Positions 37,675-51,175 of a stretch of 64,000 nt of DNA are shown one piece after another (position 1 is the first letter of the stretch; each line of letters opens with the position of its first letter). Both the position numbers and the translations under genes were made by a program. The stretch comes from Squalus acanthias (Eukaryota): the NCBI GenBank assembly GCA_030390025.1, contig CM059431.1:154568001-154632000 (forward strand), read 5' to 3'. A model generated the notes under the pieces. It worked only from the letters and a program-made list of their open reading frames with translations, was not told the DNA's origin and searched no databases.

Positions 37675-39396
37675 AAATATATCAGCATAAACCTCTATTC
37701 CCTTCTTCCTCGTATGCTTGTCTAGACTCCCCTTAAATGCATCTAAACTATTTGCTTCAATCACAGCAGCGAGTTCCACATTCTCACAACTTTTTGTGTA
37801 AATAAGTTTCTTCTAAATTTCCTATTGGATTTCTTGGTGACTATCTTATTTTGGTGGCCTCAAGATATGCTCTTCCCCACGTGGAACATTCTCTCTGTAT
37901 CCACGCTATCAACATTTTTCATAATTTTAAGATCTCTAAGTGTGGTCTAACCAAGGTTCGATATAGGTTCAGTATAACTTCCCTACTTTTCAACTGCATC
38001 CCTCTAGAAATAAACGCTAATGCTTGGTTTGTCTTTTTTATGGCCGTGCTAACCTGTGTCGCAATTTTTAGTGATTTGTGCACTTGTACATTAGATACCT
38101 TTGTTACTCTATCCCACCTAGACTCGCACCCTCCAAGTAATAATTGAACTCCCTATTCTTCCTACAAAAATGTAATACCTCAAATTTATCTGTGTTGAAA
38201 TTCATTTGCCAATTTGCAAGTGTATTAATGTCCTCCTGTAACTTCTTCCAGTCCTCATCAGTATTGACTATGCCCCTCCCTCAATTTGATGTCATCTGCA
38301 AATTTAGAAATTGGATTTTTATTCCTAAGTCTAATTCGTTAATGTAAATTGTGAACAGCAGCGATCCCAGCACTGATCCTTGTGGAAAAACACTACCTAA
38401 CTTCTGCCACTGTGAATAGCTATGCTTCACTCCTATTGTCTGTTTTCTGTCCTGAAGCCAGACAGCAATCCATTATGCTACATGACCCCTGACTCCGCAT
38501 TCTCTGACCTTGTTCATCATTCTCTTTGGACGTAGATTATCGAAGTCCTTCTGCAAATATAGATAAATTACTTCTACTGCATTACCATTGTCTACTCTCT
38601 CTGTTACCTCTTCAAAAATTCAATGACGTTGGTCAAGCAAGACTTTCCCTTTTGAGATCCATGTTAACTATTCGTTGTTACATTTTTGGTTTCTAGATGC
38701 TCTTCTATTTTCTCCTTTAGAATGGATTCCATTATTTTTCTTACCACCGATGATAATCTGACTGGTCTAAAATTCCCTGGATATGTTCTATCCCCCTACT
38801 TAAATATCGGTATTCCATTAGCTATCCTGCCAGTCCTCTGGCACTCTAACTTTTTCCAACCAATTACTAAATATGCATATTAATGCCTCTGCTATCCCTT
38901 CCCTAGATTATTTTAAAATGCGTGGATGCAATCCAACCAGCCCCGGGATTTATACTCTTTGAGTTTGTTTAATATATATATTATATCCCCTTTTCTATTT
39001 CAAATTTACTTGTCTCATTTCTAGCCTCATTGTGTCCCTTATGGCGTTATTCATCCATGGAGTCTCATTATTGTGTAGTTTGTTTTTTCCTTTTAGCGGA
39101 TATATATTTTTACTGCAAACTGTTGAACACCGTTTTAAATGGTACACATTTGTGCTCTACATCATTGTTTGCCAATATTGTTGCACATTTTTGTTTCCCA
39201 AGTTGTATTCTCAGCCCCTCAAAATTAGCTTGTCTCCATTCTATTAACTTCGCTTTCGTCATACATGTGTCCTTCTCAATTATCATCTTAAAGTGTATTA
39301 TTTTATGATCAGTATTTCCTATATGATCACCATACATTTACTTCTGTTATCTGCTCTGGTTCATTCTCCATTATTAGATCCAATATCGAATCCTCC

Positions 39397-42300
39397 GCAG
39401 CTGCAGGGCATTCTGGAGGGGGAGGGTGAACAGCCAGTTGTCGTGGTGCATATAGGTACCAACGATATAGGTAACAAAACAGGATGAGGTACTAAAAGCT
39501 GCATATAGGAAGTTAGGATATAAATTAAAAAAATAGGACCTCAAAGGTAGTAATGTCAGGATTGCTACCAGTGCAACGGACTAGTCAGAGTAGAAATAGA
39601 GGGATATTTCAGCTCAATACATGGCTTGAAGAATAAATGCAAGGGGGAGAGATTCAATGTCCTGCGGCATTGGAACCAGTTCTGGGGGAGGTGGGAACAG
39701 TACAAACTGGACGGTTTGCACCTGGGCAGGACCGGGACTGATGTCCCAGGGGGAGTGTTGTTGGGGAGGGTTTGAACTAAAATGGCAGGGGCTTGGGAAC
39801 CTGTGCAGGGAGTCAGCGGAAAGGGAAGCAGGGATAGACACACGCGACAGGAAGGAGAAGAGCAAAAGTGTAAGTCAGAGAAATCAAGTGTGTAAATCAA
39901 ACATGGCCACAGTAAACAATGACTCTAAATCGTCTAAGAGTGTTAAAAGAACAAGCCTGAAGACACTGTGTATTAATGCGAGGAGCAGTCTTAATAAGGT
40001 GAATGAATTTGCTGTACAAATAGATGTAAACGGAGATGATATAATTGGAATTACGAAGACATGGCTCCAGGGTGACCGAGGCTGGGAATTCAAAATCCAT
40101 GAGTATTCAATATTCCGGAAGGACAAACAGAAAGTAAAAGGAGGTGGGGTAGCATTACTGGCTAAAGAGGAGATTAACACAATAGTAAGGAAGGCTATTA
40201 GCTCTGATGATGTGCAATCTGTATGGGTAGAGCTGAGAAATACGAAGGGGCAAAAAACGTTAGTGGGAGTTGTATACAGACCCCCAAACAGTAATGCTGA
40301 GGTTGTGGATGACATTAAATGGGAAATTAGGGACGCGTGCAATAAGGGCACAGCAGTTATCATGGGTGACTTTAATCTACATATAGATTGGGCTAACCAA
40401 ATTAGTAACAATACTGTGGAGTAGGAATCGCTAGAGTGTATACGGCATGGTTTCCTGGACCAATATGTCGAGGAACCAACTGGAGATCAGGTCATCTTAG
40501 ACTGGTTATTATGTAATGAGGCAGGATTAATTAGCAAACTTTTTGTGCGAGGACCCTTGGGGAAGAGCGATCATAATATGATAGAATTCTTCATTAAGAT
40601 GCAGAGTGACGTAGTTGACTCAGAGACGAGTGTCCTGAATTTAAATAAAGTAATCAACGATGGTATGAGGCGCGAGTTGGCTAGGATGGATTGTGGAACG
40701 TTACTTAAAGGGTTGACGGTGGATAGGCAATGGCAAACATTTAAAGATTGTATGGATGAACTACAAAATTTGTTCATCCCTGATTGGCATAAAAATAAAA
40801 CAAAAAAAAGGTGAATCCACCGTGGCTAACTAGAAAAATTTGGTATAGCTTAAGATCCAAGGAGAGGACATATAAATTGGTCAGAAAAAGCAGCAGACCT
40901 GAGGATTGGGAGCAGTTTAGGATTCAGCAAAGGAGGACAAAGGGAAACATTAAGAGGGGGAAAATAGAGTATGAGAGTAAGCTTGTGTGGAACATAAAAA
41001 CTGACTGCAAAAGCTTCTATAGATATGTGACGATAAAAAGATTGGTGTGGTCAAGCGTAGGTCCTTTGCAGTCAGAATCAGGGGAATTTATAATAGGGAA
41101 CAAGGAAATGGCTGACCAATTAAATACATACTTTGTTTCTGTCTTCACAAAGGAGGACACAAATAACCTCCCAGACATGTCCGGCAACATAGTGTCTAAT
41201 GAGAGGTAGGAACTGAATGAAATCAGTAATTGTGGGGAAATGGTGTTTGGAAAACTGACAGGATTGAAGGCCGATAAATCCCCAGGGCCTGATAATCTAC
41301 ATCCGAGGGTACTTAAGGAAGTGTCCCTAGAAATAGTAGATGCATTGCTGGTCAACTTCCAAAATTCTATAGACGCTGGAACCGTTCCCATGGATTGGTG
41401 GGTAGCTTATGTAACCCCACTATTTAAAAAAAGGTGGTCGAGAGAAAATGGGGAATTATAGACCGGTAAGCCTGACATCGGTAGTGGGGGAAATCCTAGA
41501 GTCCATTGTAAAAGATCTAATATCAGAGTACTTGGAAAACAGTGACATGATCGGACAAAATCAACATGGAATTACAAAAGGGAAATCAAGCTTGACTAAT
41601 CGACGTGGAATTGTTTGAGGATGTAACTCATAGAATAGATAAGGGAGAACCAGTGGATGTGGTATATTTGGCGTTTCAGAAGGCTTTCGATAATGTCCCA
41701 CATAAGAGATTAGCGTGCAAAGTTAAAGCACATGGGATTAGGGGTAAGGTACTGTCTTGGATAGAAAACTAGTTGGCAGACAGGAAGCAAAGAGTTTCAA
41801 TAAACGGGTCTTTTTCCGAGTGGCAGGCAGTGACTAGTGGGGTATCGCAGGGATCGGTGCTTGGACACCAACTATTCACAATATATATTAATGGTCTAGA
41901 CGAGGGAACTAGTTGTAATATCTCCAAATTTGCAGACGACACAAAGCTGGGTGGGCGTGTGTGCTGTGAGGAGGATGCAGATAAACTCCAGTATGATTTG
42001 GACAGGTTTGGTGATTGGGCAGATGCATGGCAGATGCAGTATAATGTGGATAAATGCGAGGTTATCCAGTTTGGTGGCAAAAACAGGAAGGCAGATTATT
42101 ATCTGAATGACAAAATATATGGAAAAGGGTTAGTGCAACGAGACCTGGGTTTCCTTGTGTACCAGTCGCTGAAGGTAAGTATGCAGGTGCAGCAGGCGGT
42201 TAAGAAGGCAAATGGTATGTCGGCCTTCATAGCGAGAGGTTTCGAGTAAAGGGGCAAGGATGTCTTGCTGCAGTTGCACATGGCCTTGGTGAGACCACAA

Positions 42301-42860
42301 CTTGAGTATTGTGTGCAGTTTTGGTCGCCTTATCTGAGGCAGGATGTTCTTGTCATGGAGAGAGTGCAGCGAAGATTCACGAGACTGATACCTGGGATGG
42401 CAGAAATGACGTATGAAGACAGATTGGGTAGATTAGGCTTGTATCCGATAGATTTTAGAAGAATGAGAGGGGATCTCATTGAAACTTATAAAATTCTAAC
42501 AGGTCTAGACAGACTAGATACAGGAAGGATGTTCCCGATGGCGGGGGAGTCCAGAACCAAGGGACACAATCTAAGGATAAGGGTAAGCCATTTAGTACTG
42601 AGATGAGGAGGAATTTCTTCACCCAGAGAGTGGTGAACCTGTGGAATTCTCTACCACAGAAGATAGTTGAGTCCAATTCGTTAAATATATTCAAGAAGAA
42701 GTTAGATATTTTTCTTAAGGCTAAGGGGATCAAGGGATATGGGGAGAAAGCACGGACAGTGTACTGAATTTGGATGATAAGCCATGATCGCATTGAATGG
42801 CGGAACAGGCTCGAGGGGCCGAATGGCCTACTCCTGCTCCTATCTTCTATGTTTCTATAT
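39397..42860 (+). mobile_element. CR1 LINE (partial ORF1 SGNH, EN, RT) with stops and frameshifts; same family as 807-3288
   Basis: VVHIGTNDIG; GVVYRPP, MGDFN, SDH; SQGSVLG, KFADDTKL; tail tatgtttctatattt. Confidence 0.95.
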
Positions 42861-42986
42861 TTCTCCCTTGTTGGGCTTTGTAGATATTTGTTTAGAAAGG
42901 AGTCATGTACACATGGTAGGAACTCGCTTCCCTTACCCACTTTACCAAACTCTTCTGTCAAATTAACATTGAAATGAAAATTAAAA

Positions 42987-43490
42987 TTCAGCCTCAGATC
43001 AGCGGGTTAGCGTTCTCGAAGGCGGCCTTCGAGAAACACGACAACGCAAAATCATCGAGCAGAAACTGATAGCCAAATTCCACACTCATGAGGACGGCCT
43101 CAAAAGGGATATCGGGTTCATGTCACACAACAGAACGTGACTTTACATCGTTGTCTGTCTTTCAAGTTTTTAAAAAACAAACACAAAAAAACAAACACAA
43201 AATACAAACCCCCAAAAGACGGAGAGAGAGAAAGGGATATGGAGTGAGATCGGCTACAGACAGCAGGATTTGACACGTTGGACACCCTGGGACACATCTC
43301 ATTGTCTTGGATGTGCTCTTGGTTTGTCTTTGATGTAAGGAAAGATTGTATCTCTGTAGTATCTGTGTTTATATTGTGAACTTTTGTAGATTCACTCAGT
43401 GTAACTTTACCTGAAGAAGGGGCAGGAGAGCTCCGAAAGCTTGTAATTTTAAATAAATCTGTTGGACTATAACCTTGTGTTGTGCGACTT
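42987..43490 (+). mobile_element. Second Penelope 3'-end fragment (EN C-terminus plus pLTR)
   Basis: RKIIEQKLIAKFHTHEDGL...; ends ctgttggactataaccttgtgttgtgcgactt like the right arm of 33911-37674. Confidence 0.88.
43404..43450 (+). ncRNA. Minimal hammerhead ribozyme motif
   Basis: CTGAAGA-aggggc-aggaga-gctcc-GAAA-gcttGTA. Confidence 0.68.
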
Positions 43491-44189
43491 CCCAATTAAA
43501 ATTGGGGTAGTTGAAATTCCCCATGACTATTATTCTATGATTTTTACTCATTTCCTTAATTTGCCTGCATGCAGTCATCCTCCAGTTCGCTTCCACTATA
43601 AGGTGGTCTGTAGACTACGCCTTTAAGTGTAATTGATCCTTTATTATCTTTTATCTCGATCAATATCGATTCAATTTTTGACTTGCTGATATCTGCTTAA
43701 TTTTGTCTACTGCCATTATGTTATTCCTAATAAGTACAGCTAACCCATCTCCCATTTTTCCCTCTCTATCTTTTCTAAGTTTGTTATATCCTGCAATGTT
43801 TTATTCCCAGTCCTGATTTTTGTGTAGTCATGTTTCAGTAATCCCTACTATTTCTGGTTCCTCGCAACGTATGAATGTCTCCAGCTCCCCTGTTTTCTTA
43901 CGGACACAGTTTGCATTGCTGTAGAGAGCGTTTACCTCATTTTAATATGATTTCCTCTCACTTTAAGCTTAACCATCTTTTTAGATTTCTGTGCTTTTAC
44001 TCTATTTATTTCCTTGCCATGACTGTCCTCCCTTAATTTATGCTTTCCTGTGTTCTCTTTTCCAGTTTTGTATATTTAGGCTGGTTACGTTTCTAGTAGC
44101 TACCTCTCTCCATAACCTGGAATCTCAGATCATCTTCCGGAACAGATGTAAATAAATTTTGTGGACATACATTTCAATATAAATATATA

Positions 44190-44590
44190 TATTTTCATTC
44201 ATTGAAGGGATGTGGGCGTCTCTGGCAAGGCCAGGATTTATTGCCCGTCTCGAGTTTCCCTTCAGAATGTGCTGGTTAGCCGCTTCCCTGAACCGCTGCA
44301 GTCCATGTGGTGAAGGTACACCCACAATCCTGTTGGGGAGGGAGTGACATGAGTTTGACACAGTGACAATGAAGGAACGGCGATTTTCTTCAAGTCAGGA
44401 TGGTGTGTAACTTGGAGTGTCATCTGAAAATGGTGGTATTCCCAGGCGCCTGCTGCTTTTGTCCTTCTAGTTGGTAGATCTTCTGGATTTGGGAGGTGCC
44501 TTCGAAGAAGCCTTGACGAGTAGCCGCAGTGCATCTTGTAGATGGAACACGCTGCAGCCACGGTGTGGCAGTGGAGAAGGGACTGAATGC
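44190..44590 (-). mobile_element. LINE 3' fragment shared by family II units (paralogs ~51445-51825, ~60025-60415)
   Basis: ORFs 44262-44561, 51498-51797 and 60174-60359 share IYKMHC.NS.RLLRQ.L.NP. Confidence 0.7.
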
Positions 44591-45166
44591 TACTAATTGA
44601 TACATGTTTGTATGAGTTTTATACTCGATTCCTTAAACGAACTTTGGCACTGCCCGTTATAAATTTCAGCATGGACAGAAACCACTACTCCTATTCAAAT
44701 TCACCTCAGTTCCACGGTTCCGTGATGCCACATTAACTGACCTACTTTGATTCCTTATCCCATATTGATCATTTGTGAAATGCTCCCCCACTTTATCTCT
44801 GAAGTCGTCTTCAAATCCCCTGTTTTGCAATCATGTCACACCCCTTGCCGTGGTCTCCAGTGTACCAGGACATCTGCTCCGGACTCCAGATATAGAACTC
44901 ATCCCTACCGACTGGTACTCAGTTCCTATGAGCTTCCATCTCTGTCCGTCTTACTTATTTTAAGCATCGACCACATGTTGCATAGCCTGGTTCGTTCTCT
45001 TAACTCCAGCAAAACAGTCTGCGTTAATTCTGAATTCCACTTCTCTAAAGCACAACTCGCCAGTGTCACCGAAAAACAACTGCCATCGCGATAGCAGTTA
45101 GTTCAGAGTATTCTCTGTTTCATAGCGGGCATTTATGTTAATCTATTCTCATTTACACCTTCAAAG

Positions 45167-45336
45167 AAAATGCAGTTACTGAACTATCACTAACGTTGGC
45201 GAGCTACACGGATTTCCAGCTGCGCAGAGTTATCGTTTGCTACCGTCAGAGACTGGAACAGTCAATTGAAGAATTCGTGGAGGCCGTCAGTCAGTCGCTT
45301 GTAGATGCAAACCTGCTCACTGAAACAAATCATAAG
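45167..45336 (+). CDS. Exon A3 of CARD-like module
   Basis: ccttcaaAG|AAAATGCA...CATAAG|GTatgt; 170 nt, open: (E)NAVTELSLTLASYTDFQLRRVIVCYRQRLEQSIEEFVEAVSQSLVDANLLTETNHK. Not in the ORF track. Confidence 0.8.
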
Positions 45337-45892
45337 GTATGTTTCATATATGTTCGAATCGTATTGTGTTAAATGAGTCAAACGATTGACTGTTTAGACA
45401 GACTGTTCTGTGCAACCCAACAATATTAGCGGTACTTTACGCTGCACTTTATTAACTGAAATTTTTGTCCAGTGCCAGTTTAATCAACATTTGAAGTACT
45501 CTTCTGAGATATCTCTCTGTTAAATTAATTTTTCAGGTATTTTCAATGAATGTATTCATAATAAGAGAAGTTTCTCATGGACTAACAGTGATTTTTTAAT
45601 GGCAGCTTTCTTGGCCCAATTATCGCCAGCTTCAATAATCTTCCTTCAAAAGCTCCGAGTTGGGGCTGTTTGCTGATGATTGCACGGTGTTTAGCTCCAT
45701 TCGCAAATCCTCAAAAATGAAGCAGTCCATGCCCACACGCGGCATGACCAAGACAACATCCATGTTTAGGCCGATAAGGGGCAGGTAACATTTATGCCGC
45801 CTAGTACCAGTTACTGGCTACCTACAGATAGAGAAAGTCTTACCAATTGCCGTTGACATTCAATGGCTTTACCATTGGAGTTCTACCACCAT

Positions 45893-48556
45893 ATAAAAAG
45901 AAAAAAAGGTTGCTAAGGCAAAAGTAGGTCCCTTAGAGGATGAGACCGGGAAATTAATGGTGGGAAACATGGAGATGGCAAAAATGCTGAAAAAATATTT
46001 TGTTTCAGTCTTTACGGTAGATGACACAAAGAATATCCCAACACTGTACAAACAGGGGGCTCTAAGTGGGGAGGAGCTTAATACGATTTAAATCACTAAG
46101 GAATTGGTGCCCAGTAAAATAATGGGACTCAAGGCGGCTAAATCCCCTGGACCTGATGGCTTACATCCTACGGTCTTGAGGGATTGCGGATGCTTTGGTA
46201 ATAATTTTCCAAAATTCACTGGAATCAGCAAAGATCCCGGCAGATTGGAAAACTGCTAATGTAACACCCTTATTTAAAAAGGGTAGTAGGCAGAAGGCTG
46301 GATATTATAGACCAGATAGCCTAACATGTGTGGTGGGTAAAAAATTGGAGTCTATTATTAAGGAGACAGTAACAGAACATTTAGATAAACATAATTTAAT
46401 AGGACAAAGTCAGCATGGCTTTATGAAGGGGAAGTCATGTCTGACAAATCTGCATTAATTGTTTGAGAACATAACGTACAGGGTGGATAAAGGGAAACCA
46501 GCGGACGTAATGTATTTAGACTTCCAGAAGGCATTCGACAAGGTGCCACGTAAAAGATTATTGCTCAAGATAAAAATCACTGGGGCCCAGAAATTGATCC
46601 CGCGACGCGAGAGTACGCACTGCGTACTCTCGCGTTTTTCCCACTCCAATTGCCGGTTTTCTGCATGCCCTGCGCATGCGCTGAAAACCGGCAATTGCTC
46701 TTTTGAAAAGGGGCCGCTTCCTCGGTGCATCGCGTGCGCGCTACAGGCTGCGCGCACGCTGTGCACTTCATGCTTTGGACGCGCAGGTAAGTACTGAAGA
46801 TTTTAGAAATGTAAAAAGGAGGAGTAAGACCCACTTTTAAGAAGGTAAGTAGTGAATTAAGTATTTTTTGGAATTTTTTTTAACAGGTATATCTTTTTTA
46901 GAGACTTTAAAGACAGGTAAGTTTGTTTTATAACTATTTAAAAGATTTTAAATTTTTTCAAAAATTCAATTTTTTATTTAAAATGGTTAATTTAATTAAC
47001 TATACTTATTTTATTAATGTGATGGTTTTTTTTTATTTAATTGAGGTTTAGCTGTTATTTTGGGGGGGTGTAAGATTCATAGATTTCACAGCACGTCATT
47101 GAAACTTATGAATGGAAGATGGTGTGCTGCCATTGGCTCTAAATGAGTGACGTGATCCCACAGCTCGCACGAATTCTCTCCGCCGCTGGGATACGCAAGC
47201 ACTGCCCAGCTGATGTCTGGAACATCAAGTTCGTGCGAGCTGGATCTGAAAAAGCACAAGCGAGGTGAGAGACCGCGGGGAAGCCTTATCCCCGCGGGAA
47301 CAGAGCGAGATCAATTTCTGGGCCTGGATTGCGGGTAATATTCTGGCATGGGTGGAGGATTCGTTATCTATCAGGAAGCAGAGAGTTGGGATAAATGTTT
47401 AAATCTCGGACTGGCAACCAGTAGCCAGTGGTGTTCCGCAGGGGTCGGTGCTGGGTCCCCAACTCTTTACAATCTATATTAACGATTTGCTGAGGGGACC
47501 GTGTGTAACATATCAAAGTTTGCAGATGATACAAAGATGGGAGGGAAAGTAGAAAGAGAGGAAGACATAAAAAACCTGCAAGGGGATATGGACAGGCTGG
47601 GTGAGTGGGCGGAGATTTGGCAGATGCAATACAATATTGCAAAATGTGAGGTTATGCACTTTGGCAGGAAAAATCAGAGAGCAAGTTATTATCTTAATGG
47701 CGAGAAACTGGAAAGTACTGCAGTACAAAGGGATATGGGGGTCCACGTGCAAGAAAATCAAAAAGTTAGTATGCAGGTGCAGCAGGTGATCAGGAAGGCC
47801 AACGGAATGTTGGCTTTTATTGCTAGGGGGATAGATTATTAAAACAGGGAGGTATTGCTGCAGTTATATAAGGTATTGGTGAGACCGCACCAGGGATACT
47901 GCATACAGTTTTGGTGTCCATACTTAAGAAAATACATACTTGCTCTCGAGGCAGTACAAAGAAGGTTCACTCGGTTAATCCTGGGGATGAGGGGGTGGAC
48001 ATATAAGGAGAGGTTGAGTAGATTGGGACTCTAGTCATTGGAGTTCAGAAGAATGAGTGGCGATCTTATTGAAACATATAAGATTGTGAAGGGGCTTGAT
48101 CGGGTGGATGCGGTAAGGATGTTCCCAAGAATGGGTGAAACTAGAACTAGGGGTCATAATCTTAGAATAAGGGGCTGCTCCTTCAAAACTGAGATGAGGA
48201 GAATCTTCTTCACCCAGAGGGTAGTAGGTCCGTGGAATTTGCTTCCCCAGGAAGCGGTGGAAGAGACATCATTAAAGAAATTTGAAACAGAAATAGATAG
48301 TTTCCTAGAGGTAAAGGGAATTAGGGGTTACGGTGAGCGGGCAGGACATTGGACATGAGGCTGAGTTCGGATCGGTCAGGGCCCTCTGGGTGGCGGTGCG
48401 GGCCCAGGGGATGAGTGTCCGGGTCCTGCTCCTACTTCTTGTGTTCTGTAGATTGATGTTAGGATCAGATCAGCCATGATCTTATTGAATAGCGGAGCAG
48501 GCTCGATGGGTGAATTGGCCTACTCCTGCTCCTATTACTTATGTTCTTATGTTCTT
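45893..48556 (+). mobile_element. CR1 LINE, 5'-truncated, interrupted by a MITE
   Basis: [34 protein letters not shown]; (ttatgttc)n tail; empty site ctaccaccatgagtgt at ~57114 and ~61761. Confidence 0.93.
46584..47324. mobile_element. MITE copy 3 (reverse orientation to copies 1 and 2) with 16-bp perfect TIRs and TGG TSD
   Basis: tgg|ggcccagaaattgatc ... gatcaatttctgggcc|tgg; the host CR1 sequence resumes after it. Confidence 0.92.
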
Positions 48557-51175
48557 ATGAGTGTCCCGGGATTTCCAGTATAACCAGGTCTGAGAATTCA
48601 CTGCCATACTTATTGCAGTTAACGTAATTCCAGTAGCCAAGCCCCTCGAAATAAGTAATTGAATAAGACACAATGTGCAGCCTAAGCATCACGCATCCTC
48701 ATTACAGCCCCAATGGACAACCTGGAGATAGATCAAAACTGTAATAACCACATACTTCAAATCGCATGTGAATAAGTTAACTGACACATACGAACTTAAC
48801 AGTATGAATTTCCCTACGATCACGGCCGAGATTTTCCGCCCATTCTCCAAAAAAACGGCCGAGATTTCCAATTGGATTGAACCATTGCCGGTGGTGCGGA
48901 TTTAAACAATTTCTGCTGAACATATCCAATTCGTTTCTTCTATTCTACTTCTTGCTAAGTCCCGCCCCTACTTTTGTCCAATGCTCAGGGACGTCCACAA
49001 ACCCGTCCTCTCCCGAGGCCACATCCTCTCACCTCATGAATGCCATAATATCCCATTTCTTAAAAAAAACCTACACTAATCTATAATTTAGTCTGCTCCC
49101 TTTCTCCAATACCTCCTCACTTATGTAACACAAATGTAATGAAACATAGTACTGTGAATAAAGCTTGTGAGTTCAATGAACAGTTTGTCTGAGGGTATGA
49201 TATAATGATTTGATCAACGTGGCTTATATAAGGGCAGGATTGGGAAATGAATTGTGCACTGTTACCAGAAGATCATGGTAACTTAAGTTGTATGCAAATA
49301 GGGAGCAGTCATTAATAACAGATTCATTTGCCGCATTGGAACTTCGGGACTGATATAAGGAATGATTCAAAATATAAATCTGTAAGTTTGGGGTAACACT
49401 ATAATAATGGAACAATTTGTCTATAAGGCGTTCGTTATCTTACACCAAATAGTGGAAAAGGGATAGAAGAAGAGTTATATAGACAAATTGGTGAAAATGC
49501 AGCAATAACAGTACCGGTGATTGGTGACTTTAAATATCCCAAGTACAGAAGTAACATAAGTGGGGAAGGGAGGACAGGGGTTTAAAGCTTTGCCAGGACT
49601 TTATTCAGATATGTACCATTTTAGGAAAACAAGAAAGGATTGAGCATTTGATCCGTTTCTAAATATTGACAGCGGCTACTCAGTGAGGTATGTCAAGTGA
49701 AACATTCACCAATTATATCGTTAGTATTCATATGAATTAGAAAATGTTTCGTTAAAATCAAAAAAAATATATATATTTAAAGCAATATATCTAATTTCAA
49801 CGCGGCTATCATATTAGCTCAGTTACATTGAGGCAGATATGATCAGATAATATCGTGGTGAGGCAATAGAAAAATAGCCAATAGAAGTTTACCATACAAG
49901 ATACACAAATCACACGTGAATGAAAAGGAGTGCAGCACAAACTAGAATTACTTGGGCGCGCATAGAAAATGAAATAAAGAACATGTTTTACAATTGAATG
50001 TAGGAGTGTAGGGCTAGTTATATAAAACAAATGAAGTACGCCTTGGTAATATAGTGAATATATAAAAGATGAATGAGTGCCCGTTGACAGAGTTCAGACA
50101 ATGATCACATTCTGTATAAACTTCAAAGAAAATAGTTACACCAATAACAGAGCTGCTTAGAGTTGAAAGGGGAATGGTTCATATAGATGACGAAGGATTC
50201 ACTGAAAAACTATTAGTACTGTTTCGATGAATGAAAGTGATATTTGGAATGAGTGAAAAACTCATTGAAGTCAATTGAAAAGAAAGTCAGACGCGAGTAA
50301 AACGGGCCGCCGATTCGCTTCAGATTGTTTGACCCAGGTGGCCCACACTTGCCAACACCTTGTGACCCATTATTTATGGTTGTCAACTTGTGCAATCTGT
50401 GTTTCTAAAAACCAAGCTGTGAGCTTTCAAAACGATTATTGTCCTTAACAACGAATAATTATTGATTTTGATGGTATCCTATACCTGTAACCTTAAGTGT
50501 GTGCTTTGATTTGGCACTGGCTCTTGTCAATCAATCAGTTGCTGGTTATAATGAGAGAAAGTCCAGCCGCCGTCGGTGTCTCAAAGCTGCTCCTTTCTAT
50601 CTCAGTAACCTCTTCCAATCCTACAACCTGTCGAGATCCCAGTGCTGTTCCAGTTCTGGCCAATTGTGCATCCCCCATTTTCATCGCTCCACCATTGATG
50701 GGCTTGCCTTCAGCGGTTTAGACCCTAAACATCTATAATTCCCTCCCGGAACTACTATGAATCTCTATCTCTCTCTTCTCCAAGACTCTCTTTAAATCTA
50801 CTCTATGACCAAGCTTTGGTCACCTGTCTTAATATCTTCCTCTGATGCTTGGTGTTACATTTTGTTTGATAACACTGCCTTTGCAACGCTTTGGGACGTT
50901 TTACTACGCTGGTTCTTGTTGTTTCTACATAATTCTCATTTCAGGCACGCCTCCTGTCTGACTAATGGCGTATCTTCCTTGTATTCGCTTATGGCATATG
51001 GGCGTCGCAAGCAAGGACAGCATTTATTGCTCTTCCCTTAATTGTTTTCTGCATTAACTCCCGATTCTGAACGTTTCAACTCTCTGCTAAGGAAAGCTAG
51101 AAATAGAAAAGACGTTTCATATTTGAGTTTGTACATTTCTTCTTAATATATGATTGCAATATACATTCTTGTTAG

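Larger units (their letters stand above)
33785..44130 (-). mobile_element. Old CR1 split into four pieces (33785-33910, 37675-39396, 42861-42980, 43491-44130) by nested insertions
   Basis: The reading frame rejoins across the insertions: FLNKYLQSPTRE | EDSILDLIMENEPEQI, and GNFNYPNFNW | TEEFGK; the 3' end rejoins across the Penelope TSD. Confidence 0.8.

Noticed and set aside
44700..45100. ORFs upstream of exon A (44747-45094, 52003-52341, 60593-60913) as extra exons
   Set aside because: They look like decayed L2-type sequence, and frames and lengths vary between copies.
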